Sequence record: DRR723986_8380
DNA length: 20,000 bases
Strand: one strand, 5' to 3'
Below, piece after piece: positions 5,388-15,673 of this stretch; the first letter of the stretch is position 1, and each line of letters begins with the position of its first letter. The translations under genes were made by a program, and so were the position numbers. The notes under the pieces were generated by a model. The model was not told the DNA's origin and searched no databases. It saw nothing but the letters and a program-made list of their open reading frames with translations.

Positions 5388-8300
5388 CTAATTATCGCTT
5401 TTATAGCCTTGTGGTCGTTTCCAGCGTACCGGAGCTTTTGGCTCTGGTTTTAGTTGAAATTCATTGCCTTTAAGTAGTTTTAATGCTTCTTGTACAGCGC
5501 GTTCTAATTGCGGATCATTGCCTTGTGATGTTTCCTTTGGATGCTGAATCACTTCAATATCTGGAGCTACACCATCTCCTTCAACAGCCCATTCGCCATT
5601 AACATCGTAGAATCCACCACGTGGTGCTACCATACGACCGCCATCGATAAATCGAGGTGTATCCCAAGTACCTACTAATCCTCCCCAAGTTCTGGTTCCG
5701 ATAAGAAGTCCAAGGTTTTTCATTTTAAACATATATGGTAATAAATCACCACCTGAACCTGCACGTTCGTTAATGAGCATTACTTTTGGTCCCCAAATAC
5801 CTGCCATTGGCGTGGTCCATGGTCTATTATCACCAGCCTTGCTATTAAAATACCCAAAGAGTTCTCTAGACATAATATCTATCATATAATCGGCAGCAGA
5901 ACCACCACCATTATTACGTTCATCTATAACAACGCCTTTTTTATCTTGTTGAGAAAAGTAGTAACGGTTAAAAGAGGTAAAGCCTCCACCACCTGTATTT
6001 GGTACATAAACATAGGCGAGTTTGCCATTAGATAGTTCATCTACTTTTATGCGATTACCCTCAACCCAATCAATACTTCTAAGTCCACGTTCGCTACCAA
6101 CCGGCTTTACTAACACAGTTCTGGTATCTGTCATGGACGGTTTAGAGTTTACGGTAATTGTAATCTCACGACCAGCAGTTTGTTCTAGTAAGTTATATGG
6201 ATTTGATTTTGTATTAAGTTGCTGCCCATTAATAGCCAGTAAATAATCACCTTCTTTAACCGCAATACCTGGTTGTGCTAATGGTGCAGTTAATCCAGGA
6301 TTCCAACGCTCTCCATTGTAGATTTTAGATATTTTAAAATTACCATTCTCTAATTTAAAATCACAGCCCAACAGGCCAACAGGAACACGATCCACATCTG
6401 GGAAATCACCACCAGACACATAAGAGTGACCTACAGCAACTTCACCACTCATTATATCTACCACATAGTTAAGATCTGTTCTGTGGCGTACGTGGTCTAT
6501 CCATGGTGCATACCATTTGTATACATCGTCCCATGGTGCTCCATGAACGTTGTCAACGTATAAAAAGTCGCGCATATATCTCCAACCTTCTTTGAATATT
6601 TGGTGCGCTTCTGCTTTTGGGTCTAGTTTTATTTTGATATTAATTTTAAGGTTGTCTTTGCCATTCTTAGGTGGAGCAGAGGCACTGGTTAAAACCCAAT
6701 TTCTATTCTGAAATAACAATACTGATTTTCTATCTTCCGATGCGACCATCTGCGATACACCACTAGCAAAGTCAGATGCCTTTTCTTTTTCTACATCATA
6801 ACTATGTACTTTTAAACCTTGTGCATTCGGAATGGCTTCTGCAATAAATACTTTATGCTTTGGACCTTTTAAAAGTGCTACATAATTTCTGGCAGGTAAG
6901 TCTAAAGCAACAGTTCTATCATAAATACCAGCTTTATCTATGGTTACAGTAACTCCATTATCTTCTTTTTTACCATTTTTCTTGTCGTCTTTTTTATCGT
7001 CCTTGTCGCCATTGGTATCTTTTGTAATGGCTTCCATATCATTCTTTGGAAGGTTAGGTGCTTTATCTTTAGTGCTTAATACAACGGCATATAAACTACG
7101 TGTTAGATTAGCACCAGGATCGTAATTACTCATGTCTAACCAACCAGTAGAAAGACCATAATTTGTACTTGCCAATGTGTAGAGATACTTACCATTAGCA
7201 TCCCAAACAGGAGTAATAGCGTCTGCTATTGGGTCAGTAAGTTGAATGGTTTCTTTAGAATCTATATTGTAAGCAAAAATGGCTTTAAAATGACTGTCTT
7301 GTTGTTTGGCAAAAGCAATCCATTTACTATCTGGTGACCACACCGGATTCATAGAACGGTTAGGATGCGCATAACGATCTGTTGCTACAATCTTTGTTTT
7401 TTTACTCTCTAAATTGATTACCCAAATATTGTAATGCGTGTCTGTATACGCAATATACTTTCCATCTGGTGACCAGTCGGGTTGAAAATAAAAGGTTGGA
7501 TTTGGTAATTTTATAGCTTCTGCATTTTGCCCATCTTGATTGGCTAGCATCAACTGATATTCTCCACTTTGATCTGAAAACCAGGCGATTTTATCACCTT
7601 TTGGCGACCATATAGGACTGCGATCCGCTACACCAGGTGAATTAGTGATATTCATCCATGTACCATTTTCCTTTGGAACAGTAAATATTTCACCTCGATA
7701 CTCAAAAATGGCACGTTTTCCCTTAGGCGATACATTTGGATTTGATAAATTAAAAGCCGAGACATTGTCCCATTTAGAACGGTAAAAATTAAGGTCGGCT
7801 TTTACATCTATATTAAGTTGATTTGTTGCTCCCGAATTTGGACTGTACACATGAAGATATCCACCTTGTTCGTAAATGATTTTATCTGCACTTGCATCTA
7901 AACTTTTAACATCAAACTTTTTATGAAAGGTTACTTGTTTTTCCTCTTTTGTAGAAGGATTAAAAGACCAAATATTCATAGTGTAATCGCGCTCAGACAT
8001 AAAATATACCAGTCCGTTTAGCCAAACCGGATCCAAATGGCGTTCTTGTGTAGGCTGTGATGTTCTTATTAATTCTTTTGTTGTCATATCAACAACCCAA
8101 ATAGGCATGGCTTGTCCACCTCTGTAATTACGCCATTCTGCATCCCAACCTGTAATAGGTGTGTAGGCTAAATGTTTACCATCTGGTGACAATTCGCCAT
8201 AAGCCGCTCTTGGAATATCTAAGGCTTCAGGCAAACCACCATTAGTTGAAACTGTGAAGAACTTGTTGGTCATAGTTGGTTGTGCTTCTCTACCAGAACG

Positions 8301-8657
8301 AAATAAAACCTTACCATCTGGTGTCCATCCTTGCACAAAATCACCATCTGGATGAAAAGTTAAACGCTTTGGTTCACCACCTTCAGATGGTATTACAAAT
8401 ACATCTATATTGCCATCGTATTGTGCCGTAAAGGCTATCATTTTACCATCATTGGAAAAGTGAGGACTAGATTCATAGCCTTCGTCACTCGTGAGTCTTA
8501 TGGCAGTACCACCATTAATTGTAGATTTCCATAAATCGTTGGCATAAACAAAGACCACATCATCACCATGAAGTGTAGGTTGTCTTAATAATTGTGTGCC
8601 TTGAGAAAAGCCGTGTAATGCAAATAGGAGTGCTAGAGAAGCAATTAAATTCTTCAT
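5388..8657 (-). CDS. Tricorn-like protease, S41 family (1089 aa)
   Basis: Signal peptide, PD40/TolB-type repeats (P.WSPDGK.IA), PDZ-like region (VKEGDYLLAING), and S41 motifs IDERNNGGG, AGSGGD, GTRTWGG and GVAPDIEV. Confidence 0.95.
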   Translation of the reverse strand: MKNLIASLALLFALHGFSQGTQLLRQPTLHGDDVVFVYANDLWKSTINGGTAIRLTSDEGYESSPHFSNDGKMIAFTAQYDGNIDVFVIPSEGGEPKRLTFHPDGDFVQGWTPDGKVLFRSGREAQPTMTNKFFTVSTNGGLPEALDIPRAAYGELSPDGKHLAYTPITGWDAEWRNYRGGQAMPIWVVDMTTKELIRTSQPTQERHLDPVWLNGLVYFMSERDYTMNIWSFNPSTKEEKQVTFHKKFDVKSLDASADKIIYEQGGYLHVYSPNSGATNQLNIDVKADLNFYRSKWDNVSAFNLSNPNVSPKGKRAIFEYRGEIFTVPKENGTWMNITNSPGVADRSPIWSPKGDKIAWFSDQSGEYQLMLANQDGQNAEAIKLPNPTFYFQPDWSPDGKYIAYTDTHYNIWVINLESKKTKIVATDRYAHPNRSMNPVWSPDSKWIAFAKQQDSHFKAIFAYNIDSKETIQLTDPIADAITPVWDANGKYLYTLASTNYGLSTGWLDMSNYDPGANLTRSLYAVVLSTKDKAPNLPKNDMEAITKDTNGDKDDKKDDKKNGKKEDNGVTVTIDKAGIYDRTVALDLPARNYVALLKGPKHKVFIAEAIPNAQGLKVHSYDVEKEKASDFASGVSQMVASEDRKSVLLFQNRNWVLTSASAPPKNGKDNLKINIKIKLDPKAEAHQIFKEGWRYMRDFLYVDNVHGAPWDDVYKWYAPWIDHVRHRTDLNYVVDIMSGEVAVGHSYVSGGDFPDVDRVPVGLLGCDFKLENGNFKISKIYNGERWNPGLTAPLAQPGIAVKEGDYLLAINGQQLNTKSNPYNLLEQTAGREITITVNSKPSMTDTRTVLVKPVGSERGLRSIDWVEGNRIKVDELSNGKLAYVYVPNTGGGGFTSFNRYYFSQQDKKGVVIDERNNGGGSAADYMIDIMSRELFGYFNSKAGDNRPWTTPMAGIWGPKVMLINERAGSGGDLLPYMFKMKNLGLLIGTRTWGGLVGTWDTPRFIDGGRMVAPRGGFYDVNGEWAVEGDGVAPDIEVIQHPKETSQGNDPQLERAVQEALKLLKGNEFQLKPEPKAPVRWKRPQGYKSDN

Positions 8658-8755
8658 TTTTGGATTGGTTTTTAAAATGTAAGTTTTATTCTGAAGTTTG
8701 GTGATTATAAATATACAATTTAGTGATGGTCATTGTTGTAAAACAATGTTAAAAA

Positions 8756-10462
8756 CTAAAACCCAACAGCAGTGTCATCACCGCGCTTATCAGCACCACC
8801 TTCGAGTGTACCATCATCTAACATTAAGATGCCGTCAACTTTACCAATAACAGGTGTTTTTTTGAAATTTATGGTATAGCCTAAAGCTTTCAATTGTTTT
8901 ATGATTGACTGGTTAAAACCATTTGGTTCCATACGGATTTCGTCTGGTAGCCATTGATTATGAAAACGAGGAGCATTAACAGCTTCTTGCATAGTTAAAC
9001 CAAACTCGTGTACATTTAATATAGTTTGCAATACTGATGTAATAATTGTTGAGCCGCCTGGTGTGCCGACAGACATATAAAATTCACCATCTTTTTCAAC
9101 AATTGATGGAGTCATAGAACTTAACATGCGTTTTTCTGGAGCTATACTATTTGCTTCGGCACCAATAAGCCCATAATAATTTGGTTCACCTGGTTTACTA
9201 CTGAAGTCGTCCATTTCATTATTTAAGAAAAACCCTAATTCTTCAACAAACAGTTTAGATCCATAACCACCATTGATGGTTGTTGTAACTGCAATGGCAT
9301 TACCGAACTGATCAACTATGGAATAGTGCGTGGTTTCATCACTTTCATAACCTACAATTTCACCATGAGCTATTGAATCGACTGGAGTAGGTTGTCTGAA
9401 TGTAAAATCTTGCATTCTGTTTTGTAAATACACTTCACTTGTAAGCGTTTCAACGGGAATATCAATAAAGTCTGGATCACCCAAATAGTAACTTCGGTCT
9501 GCATAGGCACGTTTTTCAGCTTCAACAATCACTTGAATGGCTTTTAAAGAATTATGACCATAATCCTCAAGATCAAAAGGTTCTATCATGGTCATGATCT
9601 GATTGAGGCAAATACCACCAGAGGATGGTGGCGACATGGAGGTTATGCTTAAATCATCATATTGAAACGTAACAGGATCGCGCCATTTGGCTTCATATTT
9701 AGCTAAATCTTCAAGGGTTATTATACTGCCCTTAGACTCTAAATAATTGACTAATAGCTTTGCAGTTTCACCTTTATAGAATTCCTCAACACCATTATCT
9801 GAAATACGTTTAAGTGTTTTTGCTAAATTATCATTACTTATAATATCGCCTGCTTTTAAGGTCTTATTATAAAGTATTTGTTTACCATTTACAGCTGTTA
9901 ATAGACTATCATAATCAGCTAAACGATTAGCTTGTTTTTCAGTTACAACATAGCCTCTTTCAGCCAGATCAATGACTGGTTTTAAGATGGTTTTGACGTC
10001 TAACTTTCCGAAGCGTTCCTGAGCTTTAAAAATTCCGGCTATGGTTCCAGGAATTCCTACTGCCATAGCTCCGACAGTACTTTTATTTTTAATTATTTCA
10101 CCTTCTTCATCTAAATACATGTCTTTAGTAGCAGCTCTAGGTGCTTTTTCCCTGTAATCTAAAGCACCTTTAGTACCATCAGATAAGCGATAAATTAAGA
10201 ATCCGCCACCACCAAGATTTCCGGCATAAGGATAGCTCACGGCCAGCGCCATTTCAGTAGCCATCATGGCATCAAATGCATTACCGCCTTGTTTTAGTAT
10301 GTCTGCACCAATCTTTGAGGCTTCTTGTCTGGCACTGACTACCATTGCATTTTTAGTAACTAAGCCTCTATTTTCTGGCAGACCAACTTTTGCAGTTGTT
10401 TCTTTTTTACAACTTGTAAATACTATAAATAGCAGACTAAGGATTACAAAAATCTTTCTCAT
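8756..10462 (-). CDS. ggt: Gamma-glutamyltransferase (probable lipoprotein)
   Basis: GGNAFDA, LDYREKAP, nucleophile motif ETTHYSIVD, LNNEMDDFS, KRMLSSMTP, GTPGGSTI; lipobox-like FTSC. Confidence 0.96.
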   Translation of the reverse strand: MRKIFVILSLLFIVFTSCKKETTAKVGLPENRGLVTKNAMVVSARQEASKIGADILKQGGNAFDAMMATEMALAVSYPYAGNLGGGGFLIYRLSDGTKGALDYREKAPRAATKDMYLDEEGEIIKNKSTVGAMAVGIPGTIAGIFKAQERFGKLDVKTILKPVIDLAERGYVVTEKQANRLADYDSLLTAVNGKQILYNKTLKAGDIISNDNLAKTLKRISDNGVEEFYKGETAKLLVNYLESKGSIITLEDLAKYEAKWRDPVTFQYDDLSITSMSPPSSGGICLNQIMTMIEPFDLEDYGHNSLKAIQVIVEAEKRAYADRSYYLGDPDFIDIPVETLTSEVYLQNRMQDFTFRQPTPVDSIAHGEIVGYESDETTHYSIVDQFGNAIAVTTTINGGYGSKLFVEELGFFLNNEMDDFSSKPGEPNYYGLIGAEANSIAPEKRMLSSMTPSIVEKDGEFYMSVGTPGGSTIITSVLQTILNVHEFGLTMQEAVNAPRFHNQWLPDEIRMEPNGFNQSIIKQLKALGYTINFKKTPVIGKVDGILMLDDGTLEGGADKRGDDTAVGF

Positions 10463-11061
10463 AGATCTAATTGTTTTTCTATTTCCAGTTTTTTGGTTGC
10501 ACTAAATATTATCAATTCGGCAAAAAACGTTGTGAATTCGTGCTCAAATACATTATAATGTTCTTTCAGCTCCTTTGTAGCTTTATTCATGCTTGAGATG
10601 CCTTTAGTTCGTCTGTTCATTCCATTTAATACCAATTGAATACCATCAATAGTAGCGTAACTTAATAACCAATTTCCTTCAATCATTATAGGTGTCATGG
10701 TTTTGTATCTTGGAGGTAATAATTCGATATGATCCGTTAAACTTTTATAAAAGTCATCTACAAAATCTGCTAATGGTACATCTGAGTAAGACTTCCAATT
10801 TTTTGCTAGAAAGTGATCGTAAAAAATATCTATGATTACACCACTGTAATGACCGTATGGTTTATGGAGGCGCTTGGTACTTTGTCTAAATATTGGGTGC
10901 GCATCTGTAAACGTATCAATTTCTCTATGTAAACGAATACCAATTTGAATATCTCTCGAATACATCTTGTATTTATTACCTCTTACACCATCAGCCATAA
11001 AGTTGCCAATGGTTACTAATTCGTTATCACCAGACAAATAGATATGTGCGAGAAAATTCAT
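10459..11061 (-). CDS. acpH: Acyl carrier protein phosphodiesterase
   Basis: MNFLAHIYLS, GNFMADGVRG, GIRLHREIDTFTDAHP, DIFYDHFLAKNW. Overlaps ggt by 4 nt. Confidence 0.9.
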   Translation of the reverse strand: MNFLAHIYLSGDNELVTIGNFMADGVRGNKYKMYSRDIQIGIRLHREIDTFTDAHPIFRQSTKRLHKPYGHYSGVIIDIFYDHFLAKNWKSYSDVPLADFVDDFYKSLTDHIELLPPRYKTMTPIMIEGNWLLSYATIDGIQLVLNGMNRRTKGISSMNKATKELKEHYNVFEHEFTTFFAELIIFSATKKLEIEKQLDL

Positions 11062-11065
11062 AAGC

Positions 11066-11114
11066 CGAATTTACAAATTCATTACAACAAAATCCTATTA
11101 ACTAATTATATTTG
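11066..11114. promoter_or_regulatory. Divergent promoter region acpH / glmM
   Basis: Minus strand TAAATTCG (11066-11073, a -7 variant) and plus strand TATATTTG (11107-11114). Confidence 0.55.
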
Positions 11115-11131
11115 CTCAAAATCAAAACTAC

Positions 11132-12520
11132 ATGACTTTAATAAAATCTATATCTGGAATACGTGGTACCATTGGTGGCCCTGTTGAAGAGAATCTTACA
11201 CCCATTGATGCAGTTAAATTTGCAGCAGCATACGGCACATGGTTAAAACAACAACGAAACAAAGAAAACTATAGAGTTGTTGTTGGAAGAGATGCGCGAA
11301 TTTCTGGTGAGATGATTCAGAATTTGGTAATGCATACGTTAGTAGGACTTGGTATTCATGTAATTGATGTTGGATTATCTACAACACCAACGGTTGAAGT
11401 GGCTGTGCCGATGGAGCATGCAGATGGTGGTATTATTTTAACGGCAAGTCATAACCCAAAACAATGGAATGCTTTAAAGCTATTAAATGCTAAAGGTGAA
11501 TTTTTAAATGGAGCAGAAGGTCAAAAGATTTTAGAAATAGCTGAATCTAATTCTATGACCTTTGCTGAAGTTGATGACTTGGGAAAAATTACAAAAAATG
11601 AAGCTTATATAGATTTGCATATAGATGAAGTTTTAGAATTACCATTAGTTAATAAAAAGGCTATTGAGGATTCCAATTTTAAAGTGGTTGTTGACGGTGT
11701 TAATTCTACAGGAGGTATAGCAATTCCTTTATTATTGGAGCGATTAGGCGTGCATGCTGTAAAATTATATTGCGATCCAACAGGTCATTTTCCCCATAAT
11801 CCAGAACCATTAAAGGAACATCTAGGCGACTTGGCAGAAGCTGTGGTCAAAGAACGTGCAGATTTTGGTATTGTGGTGGATCCAGATGTTGATAGATTAG
11901 CATTTATGGATGAAAAGGGAGAGATGTTTGGAGAAGAATATACGCTTGTGGCTTGTGCAGACTATGTGCTAAGTAAAAATCCTGGTAATACGGTTAGTAA
12001 CATGAGTTCTACAAGAGCTTTAAGAGATGTCACAGAAAAGCATGGTGGTATGTATGAAGCTAGTGCAGTAGGAGAGGTGAACGTAGTAGAACTTATGAAA
12101 AAGAATAATGTGGTTATTGGTGGTGAAGGAAACGGAGGGATTATTTATCCTGAATTACATTATGGTCGTGACGCATTGGTTGGTGTAGCGTTATTTTTAA
12201 GTCTATTAGCAGAAAAGAAAATGACAGTTAGTGAATTAAGAGCGACATATCCTAACTACTACATGAGTAAGAAAAAAATTCAGTTGACTCCTGGACTCGA
12301 TGTTGATGGCATACTAAAAACTATGGAAGCGAATTACAGCCACGAAAAGCTGACCACTATTGATGGTGTAAAAATAGATTTTGCAGATAGTTGGGTGCAT
12401 TTACGTAAAAGTAATACAGAACCTATTATAAGAATATATACTGAAGCACCAGCACAAGACACGGCAGATGCCCTTGCAGATCGTTTTATTGCGGAGATAA
12501 AAGCTGTAGCTAATATTTAG
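11132..12520 (+). CDS. glmM: Phosphoglucosamine mutase / phosphohexomutase
   Basis: SGIRG, phosphoserine loop TASHNP, metal loop DPDVDR, sugar-binding GEGNGG, RKSNTEP. Confidence 0.88.
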   Translation: MTLIKSISGIRGTIGGPVEENLTPIDAVKFAAAYGTWLKQQRNKENYRVVVGRDARISGEMIQNLVMHTLVGLGIHVIDVGLSTTPTVEVAVPMEHADGGIILTASHNPKQWNALKLLNAKGEFLNGAEGQKILEIAESNSMTFAEVDDLGKITKNEAYIDLHIDEVLELPLVNKKAIEDSNFKVVVDGVNSTGGIAIPLLLERLGVHAVKLYCDPTGHFPHNPEPLKEHLGDLAEAVVKERADFGIVVDPDVDRLAFMDEKGEMFGEEYTLVACADYVLSKNPGNTVSNMSSTRALRDVTEKHGGMYEASAVGEVNVVELMKKNNVVIGGEGNGGIIYPELHYGRDALVGVALFLSLLAEKKMTVSELRATYPNYYMSKKKIQLTPGLDVDGILKTMEANYSHEKLTTIDGVKIDFADSWVHLRKSNTEPIIRIYTEAPAQDTADALADRFIAEIKAVANI

Positions 12521-12554
12521 TATCTTTGAGTACAAGAAAAGTATACCATACGCA

Positions 12555-14060
12555 ATGATTTCTGATACTGTAAAAACTCATGTTTCTGATTTAGAAACCT
12601 ATTTTAACCAATTTAGAGAACACATAATTGGGCAAAATCAGACTTTTGTGTCACCATATGGCGAACAAAAAATCATTTATACCGATTGGACCGCTTCAGG
12701 TAGATTATACAGGCCAATTGAAGAAAAATTGTGTAATGAGTTTGGCCCATTTGTGGCAAATACGCATACAGAAACTACTGTGTCTGGAACAGCAATGACC
12801 AAAGCTTACCATAAAGCTAAACACATTATTAAAGAGCATGTAAATGCGAGTGAAGATGATATTTTAATTGTTTCTGGTAATGGTATGACAAGTGTTGTAA
12901 ATAAGTTTCAACGAATTTTAGGATTAAAAGTACCTGAAAACTTAAGTAAATACACAGAAATTCCAGATGAGATACGACCGGTTGTTTTTATCTCACATAT
13001 GGAACATCATTCTAATCAGACCTCTTGGCTAGAAACTATGGCTAAGGTTGAAATTGTTCCGCCTGATGAAGATGGTCTATTTAGTTTAGAAAACCTCGAA
13101 AAGTTATTAGATCAGTATAAGGATTGTACCTTAAAAATTGCTTCAATTATTGGTGGATCAAATGTTACTGGTATACAAACTCCATATCATGATATTGCTA
13201 GACTTATGCACAAGCATGGTGGTGTTTGTTTTGTAGACTTTGCTTGTTCAGCACCATATGTAGACATTAATATGCACCCTGAAGATAAAGAGGGTTATTT
13301 AGATGCGATTTTCTTTTCTCCTCACAAGTTTTTGGGAGGACCAGGCTCTTCGGGTGTGTTAGTATTTAATAAAGAACTATATAAAAACATGGTACCAGAT
13401 TGCCCAGGCGGAGGAACAGTAAGCTGGACCAACCCTTGGGGAGAACATAAATATATTGATAGTATTGAAGATAGAGAAGATGGAGGAACGCCAGGCTTTC
13501 TTCAAACCATAAAAACTGCACTATCCATTAATCTCAAAGAGCAAATGGGTGTTGTTAATATGCTGCAACGTGAGCATGAGTTAATAGATACTATCTTTAA
13601 ACGATTAGAACCAATATCAAATATCAATATTCTTGCAGGTCAGCACAAAGATCGTTTAGGAGTTATTTCATTTTATATTGATGATCTACATTATAATTTG
13701 GGTGTAAAATTACTCAATGATAAATTTGGGATACAAACCAGAGGTGGATGCAGTTGTGCTGGTACTTACGGTCATTTTTTATTGCATGTAGACCAAAAAA
13801 CATCTAATGAATTAACTAGTGAAATTTCTATCGGTGATTTGGTTAGAAAACCAGGTTGGATAAGAATGTCTATTCACCCTACAACTACAGACTCAGAAAT
13901 AGAATATGTCTGTGAAAGTATTATCGCCTTAGCCAATAATCACAACGAATGGTCTAAGAATTATGATTATGCTAAATGTAATAATGAATTTATTCACAAA
14001 TCATTGGTAGAAAAAGAGTGTGAGGACACCAATATTGATGATTGGTTTAATTTAGATTAA
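12555..14060 (+). CDS. Class V PLP-dependent enzyme (cysteine desulfurase/selenocysteine lyase-like)
   Basis: YTDWTASGR, EHHSN, PLP lysine in SPHKFLGGPG, EDGGTP, RGGCSCAG. TATCTTTG -7 element at 12521-12528. Confidence 0.88.
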   Translation: MISDTVKTHVSDLETYFNQFREHIIGQNQTFVSPYGEQKIIYTDWTASGRLYRPIEEKLCNEFGPFVANTHTETTVSGTAMTKAYHKAKHIIKEHVNASEDDILIVSGNGMTSVVNKFQRILGLKVPENLSKYTEIPDEIRPVVFISHMEHHSNQTSWLETMAKVEIVPPDEDGLFSLENLEKLLDQYKDCTLKIASIIGGSNVTGIQTPYHDIARLMHKHGGVCFVDFACSAPYVDINMHPEDKEGYLDAIFFSPHKFLGGPGSSGVLVFNKELYKNMVPDCPGGGTVSWTNPWGEHKYIDSIEDREDGGTPGFLQTIKTALSINLKEQMGVVNMLQREHELIDTIFKRLEPISNINILAGQHKDRLGVISFYIDDLHYNLGVKLLNDKFGIQTRGGCSCAGTYGHFLLHVDQKTSNELTSEISIGDLVRKPGWIRMSIHPTTTDSEIEYVCESIIALANNHNEWSKNYDYAKCNNEFIHKSLVEKECEDTNIDDWFNLD

Positions 14061-14066
14061 GCCTTT

Positions 14067-14957
14067 TTATTGCCATTCTTCCGGAACTTCATCCATGTGT
14101 TTCCAACGCTTGTGCGTCCATAAATAATATTCAGGCTTCTCGTAGATCTGTTTTTCTATGTACTCTATGTATCTATCAGTAATTTCATTCTCCTTGCAGT
14201 CCTTAGGATTCATGATTACTTCCTCTATTGTCGCTTCATAATAGCCACGTTTAACCTTGTCTATTCTAAAAAACATCACAGGTACATCTAAACGTTTGGC
14301 AATCATTTCTGGTCCTGTGATAACAGGTGCTTTTATACCCATAAACTCTCGCCAATAATGGGCTTTATGCTTTTTAGGTGACTGATCTGCTGCAAAACCA
14401 GCTACAAATAATTCACCTTCAGATTTTAGTTTGGTTAATGTAGAAATTGTTTGTTTTGTAGTAATGAGGTAGGCGTTATATCTTGCTCTCATACGTTTTG
14501 CAAGATTGTCAAAATACTTATTTCTTAAACGTTTGTATATAGCGTACCCTTTATGCTTAATATGGCATTGAATAACCACTGACCATTCCCAGTTGGCATA
14601 ATGTGAACACATTAAAAGTACACTTTTGTTTTCGGCTTCAAGTGCTTTAATTTCTTCAATGTTTTTATAAACAAAACGCTTTTTTATTTCACTTTCTTTG
14701 ATTGTTAATGACTTTATAGCTTCAAGCGTGAGATCACACAAGTGGTGATAAAACTTACGGGTTATATCCTTAATTTCTTTATCAGATTTCTCAGGAAATA
14801 CCAATTTTAAATTTTCTATCACCGTATCCTTTCGGTAACCAAAAATGTTATACAAAAAGAGGTACAGAAAATCAGACAATGCATAGAGCAATCTAAATGG
14901 TAAGATAGACACTAACCAGAGTATAGGGTAAACAATAATATAGGCAATAAGATGCAT
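14067..14957 (-). CDS. Lipid A late acyltransferase (LpxL/HtrB family)
   Basis: N-terminal membrane segment, catalytic HxxxxE (HYANWE), ADQ, and EKPEYYLWTHKRWK. Confidence 0.9.
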   Translation of the reverse strand: MHLIAYIIVYPILWLVSILPFRLLYALSDFLYLFLYNIFGYRKDTVIENLKLVFPEKSDKEIKDITRKFYHHLCDLTLEAIKSLTIKESEIKKRFVYKNIEEIKALEAENKSVLLMCSHYANWEWSVVIQCHIKHKGYAIYKRLRNKYFDNLAKRMRARYNAYLITTKQTISTLTKLKSEGELFVAGFAADQSPKKHKAHYWREFMGIKAPVITGPEMIAKRLDVPVMFFRIDKVKRGYYEATIEEVIMNPKDCKENEITDRYIEYIEKQIYEKPEYYLWTHKRWKHMDEVPEEWQ

Positions 14958-14980
14958 TAAAATATGTTATCTGTAAAGCG

Positions 14981-14999
14981 CAAATATATGTTATATTTG
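14981..14999. promoter_or_regulatory. Back-to-back divergent -7 elements
   Basis: CAAATATA-tgt-TATATTTG reads TATATTTG on both strands between two divergent genes. Confidence 0.65.
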
Positions 15000-15018
15000 A
15001 TTCATAAGTTTAGAGTTT

Positions 15019-15672
15019 ATGTACAATTTAGGATTAGTAACTATAGTAATAATTGTCGCCAACGTTATTGCATCTTTAAAAGGGTTTGAAGACCGCTTAT
15101 TTTTTGAAAAATATAAGTTTAATGTAGGTGCTGTAAGACGTGGTGAACAGATTAGAATGTTTAGCTCTGGCTTTTTACACGTTGACACAACGCATTTGTT
15201 GTTTAATATGTTAACGCTTTATTTCTTTGCAGATGCTGTAATTTTAGAACTAGGACAGTTTAATTTTATAATAATCTATGTTGCCAGTTTAATCTTTGGT
15301 AATTTATTATCACTTTATTTTCATAAAGAGGAATTTTGGTATAGTGCAGTTGGTGCTAGTGGTGCTGTAACAGGTGTGTTATATGCTGCCATCTTATTAC
15401 GGCCAGAAATGAATCTTTACATGTTTTTTGTACCTATACCCATTCCAGGTTATGTTTTTGGTATAGGCTATTTACTGTATTCAATTTATGGCATGAAAAA
15501 CAGAATAGGTAATATTGGCCACGATGCACATTTTGGTGGTGCCATAGGTGGCTATGTGGTCACTTTACTATTAATGCCAAGTCTTTTTAAAACCGATTTA
15601 GGACATATTGGGTTATTAGCCATACCAATTATCATTCTTTTTGTGCTCTATAAAACAGGTAAGTTGCATTAA
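15019..15672 (+). CDS. Rhomboid family intramembrane serine protease
   Basis: FLHVDTTHLLFNM, catalytic GASG, AHFGGAIGG, and multiple transmembrane segments. Confidence 0.93.
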   Translation: MYNLGLVTIVIIVANVIASLKGFEDRLFFEKYKFNVGAVRRGEQIRMFSSGFLHVDTTHLLFNMLTLYFFADAVILELGQFNFIIIYVASLIFGNLLSLYFHKEEFWYSAVGASGAVTGVLYAAILLRPEMNLYMFFVPIPIPGYVFGIGYLLYSIYGMKNRIGNIGHDAHFGGAIGGYVVTLLLMPSLFKTDLGHIGLLAIPIIILFVLYKTGKLH

Positions 15673-15673
15673 A

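Noticed and set aside
6955-7025. Low-complexity K/D-rich stretch (KDTNGDKDDKKDDKKNGKKED)
   Set aside because: Flexible linker of a kind common in bacterial tricorn-like proteases; not a separate repeat element.
8731-8748. Palindrome CATTGTT-gtaa-AACAATG between ggt and the tricorn gene
   Set aside because: Weak AT-rich 7-bp stem with no U-tract on the coding strand and no second copy; cannot be supported as terminator or operator.
12792-12799. GCAATGAC match to the repeat end inside the PLP enzyme gene
   Set aside because: Only 8 nt, lacks the CTC and the partner stem, and is explained by the codons for Ala-Met-Thr.
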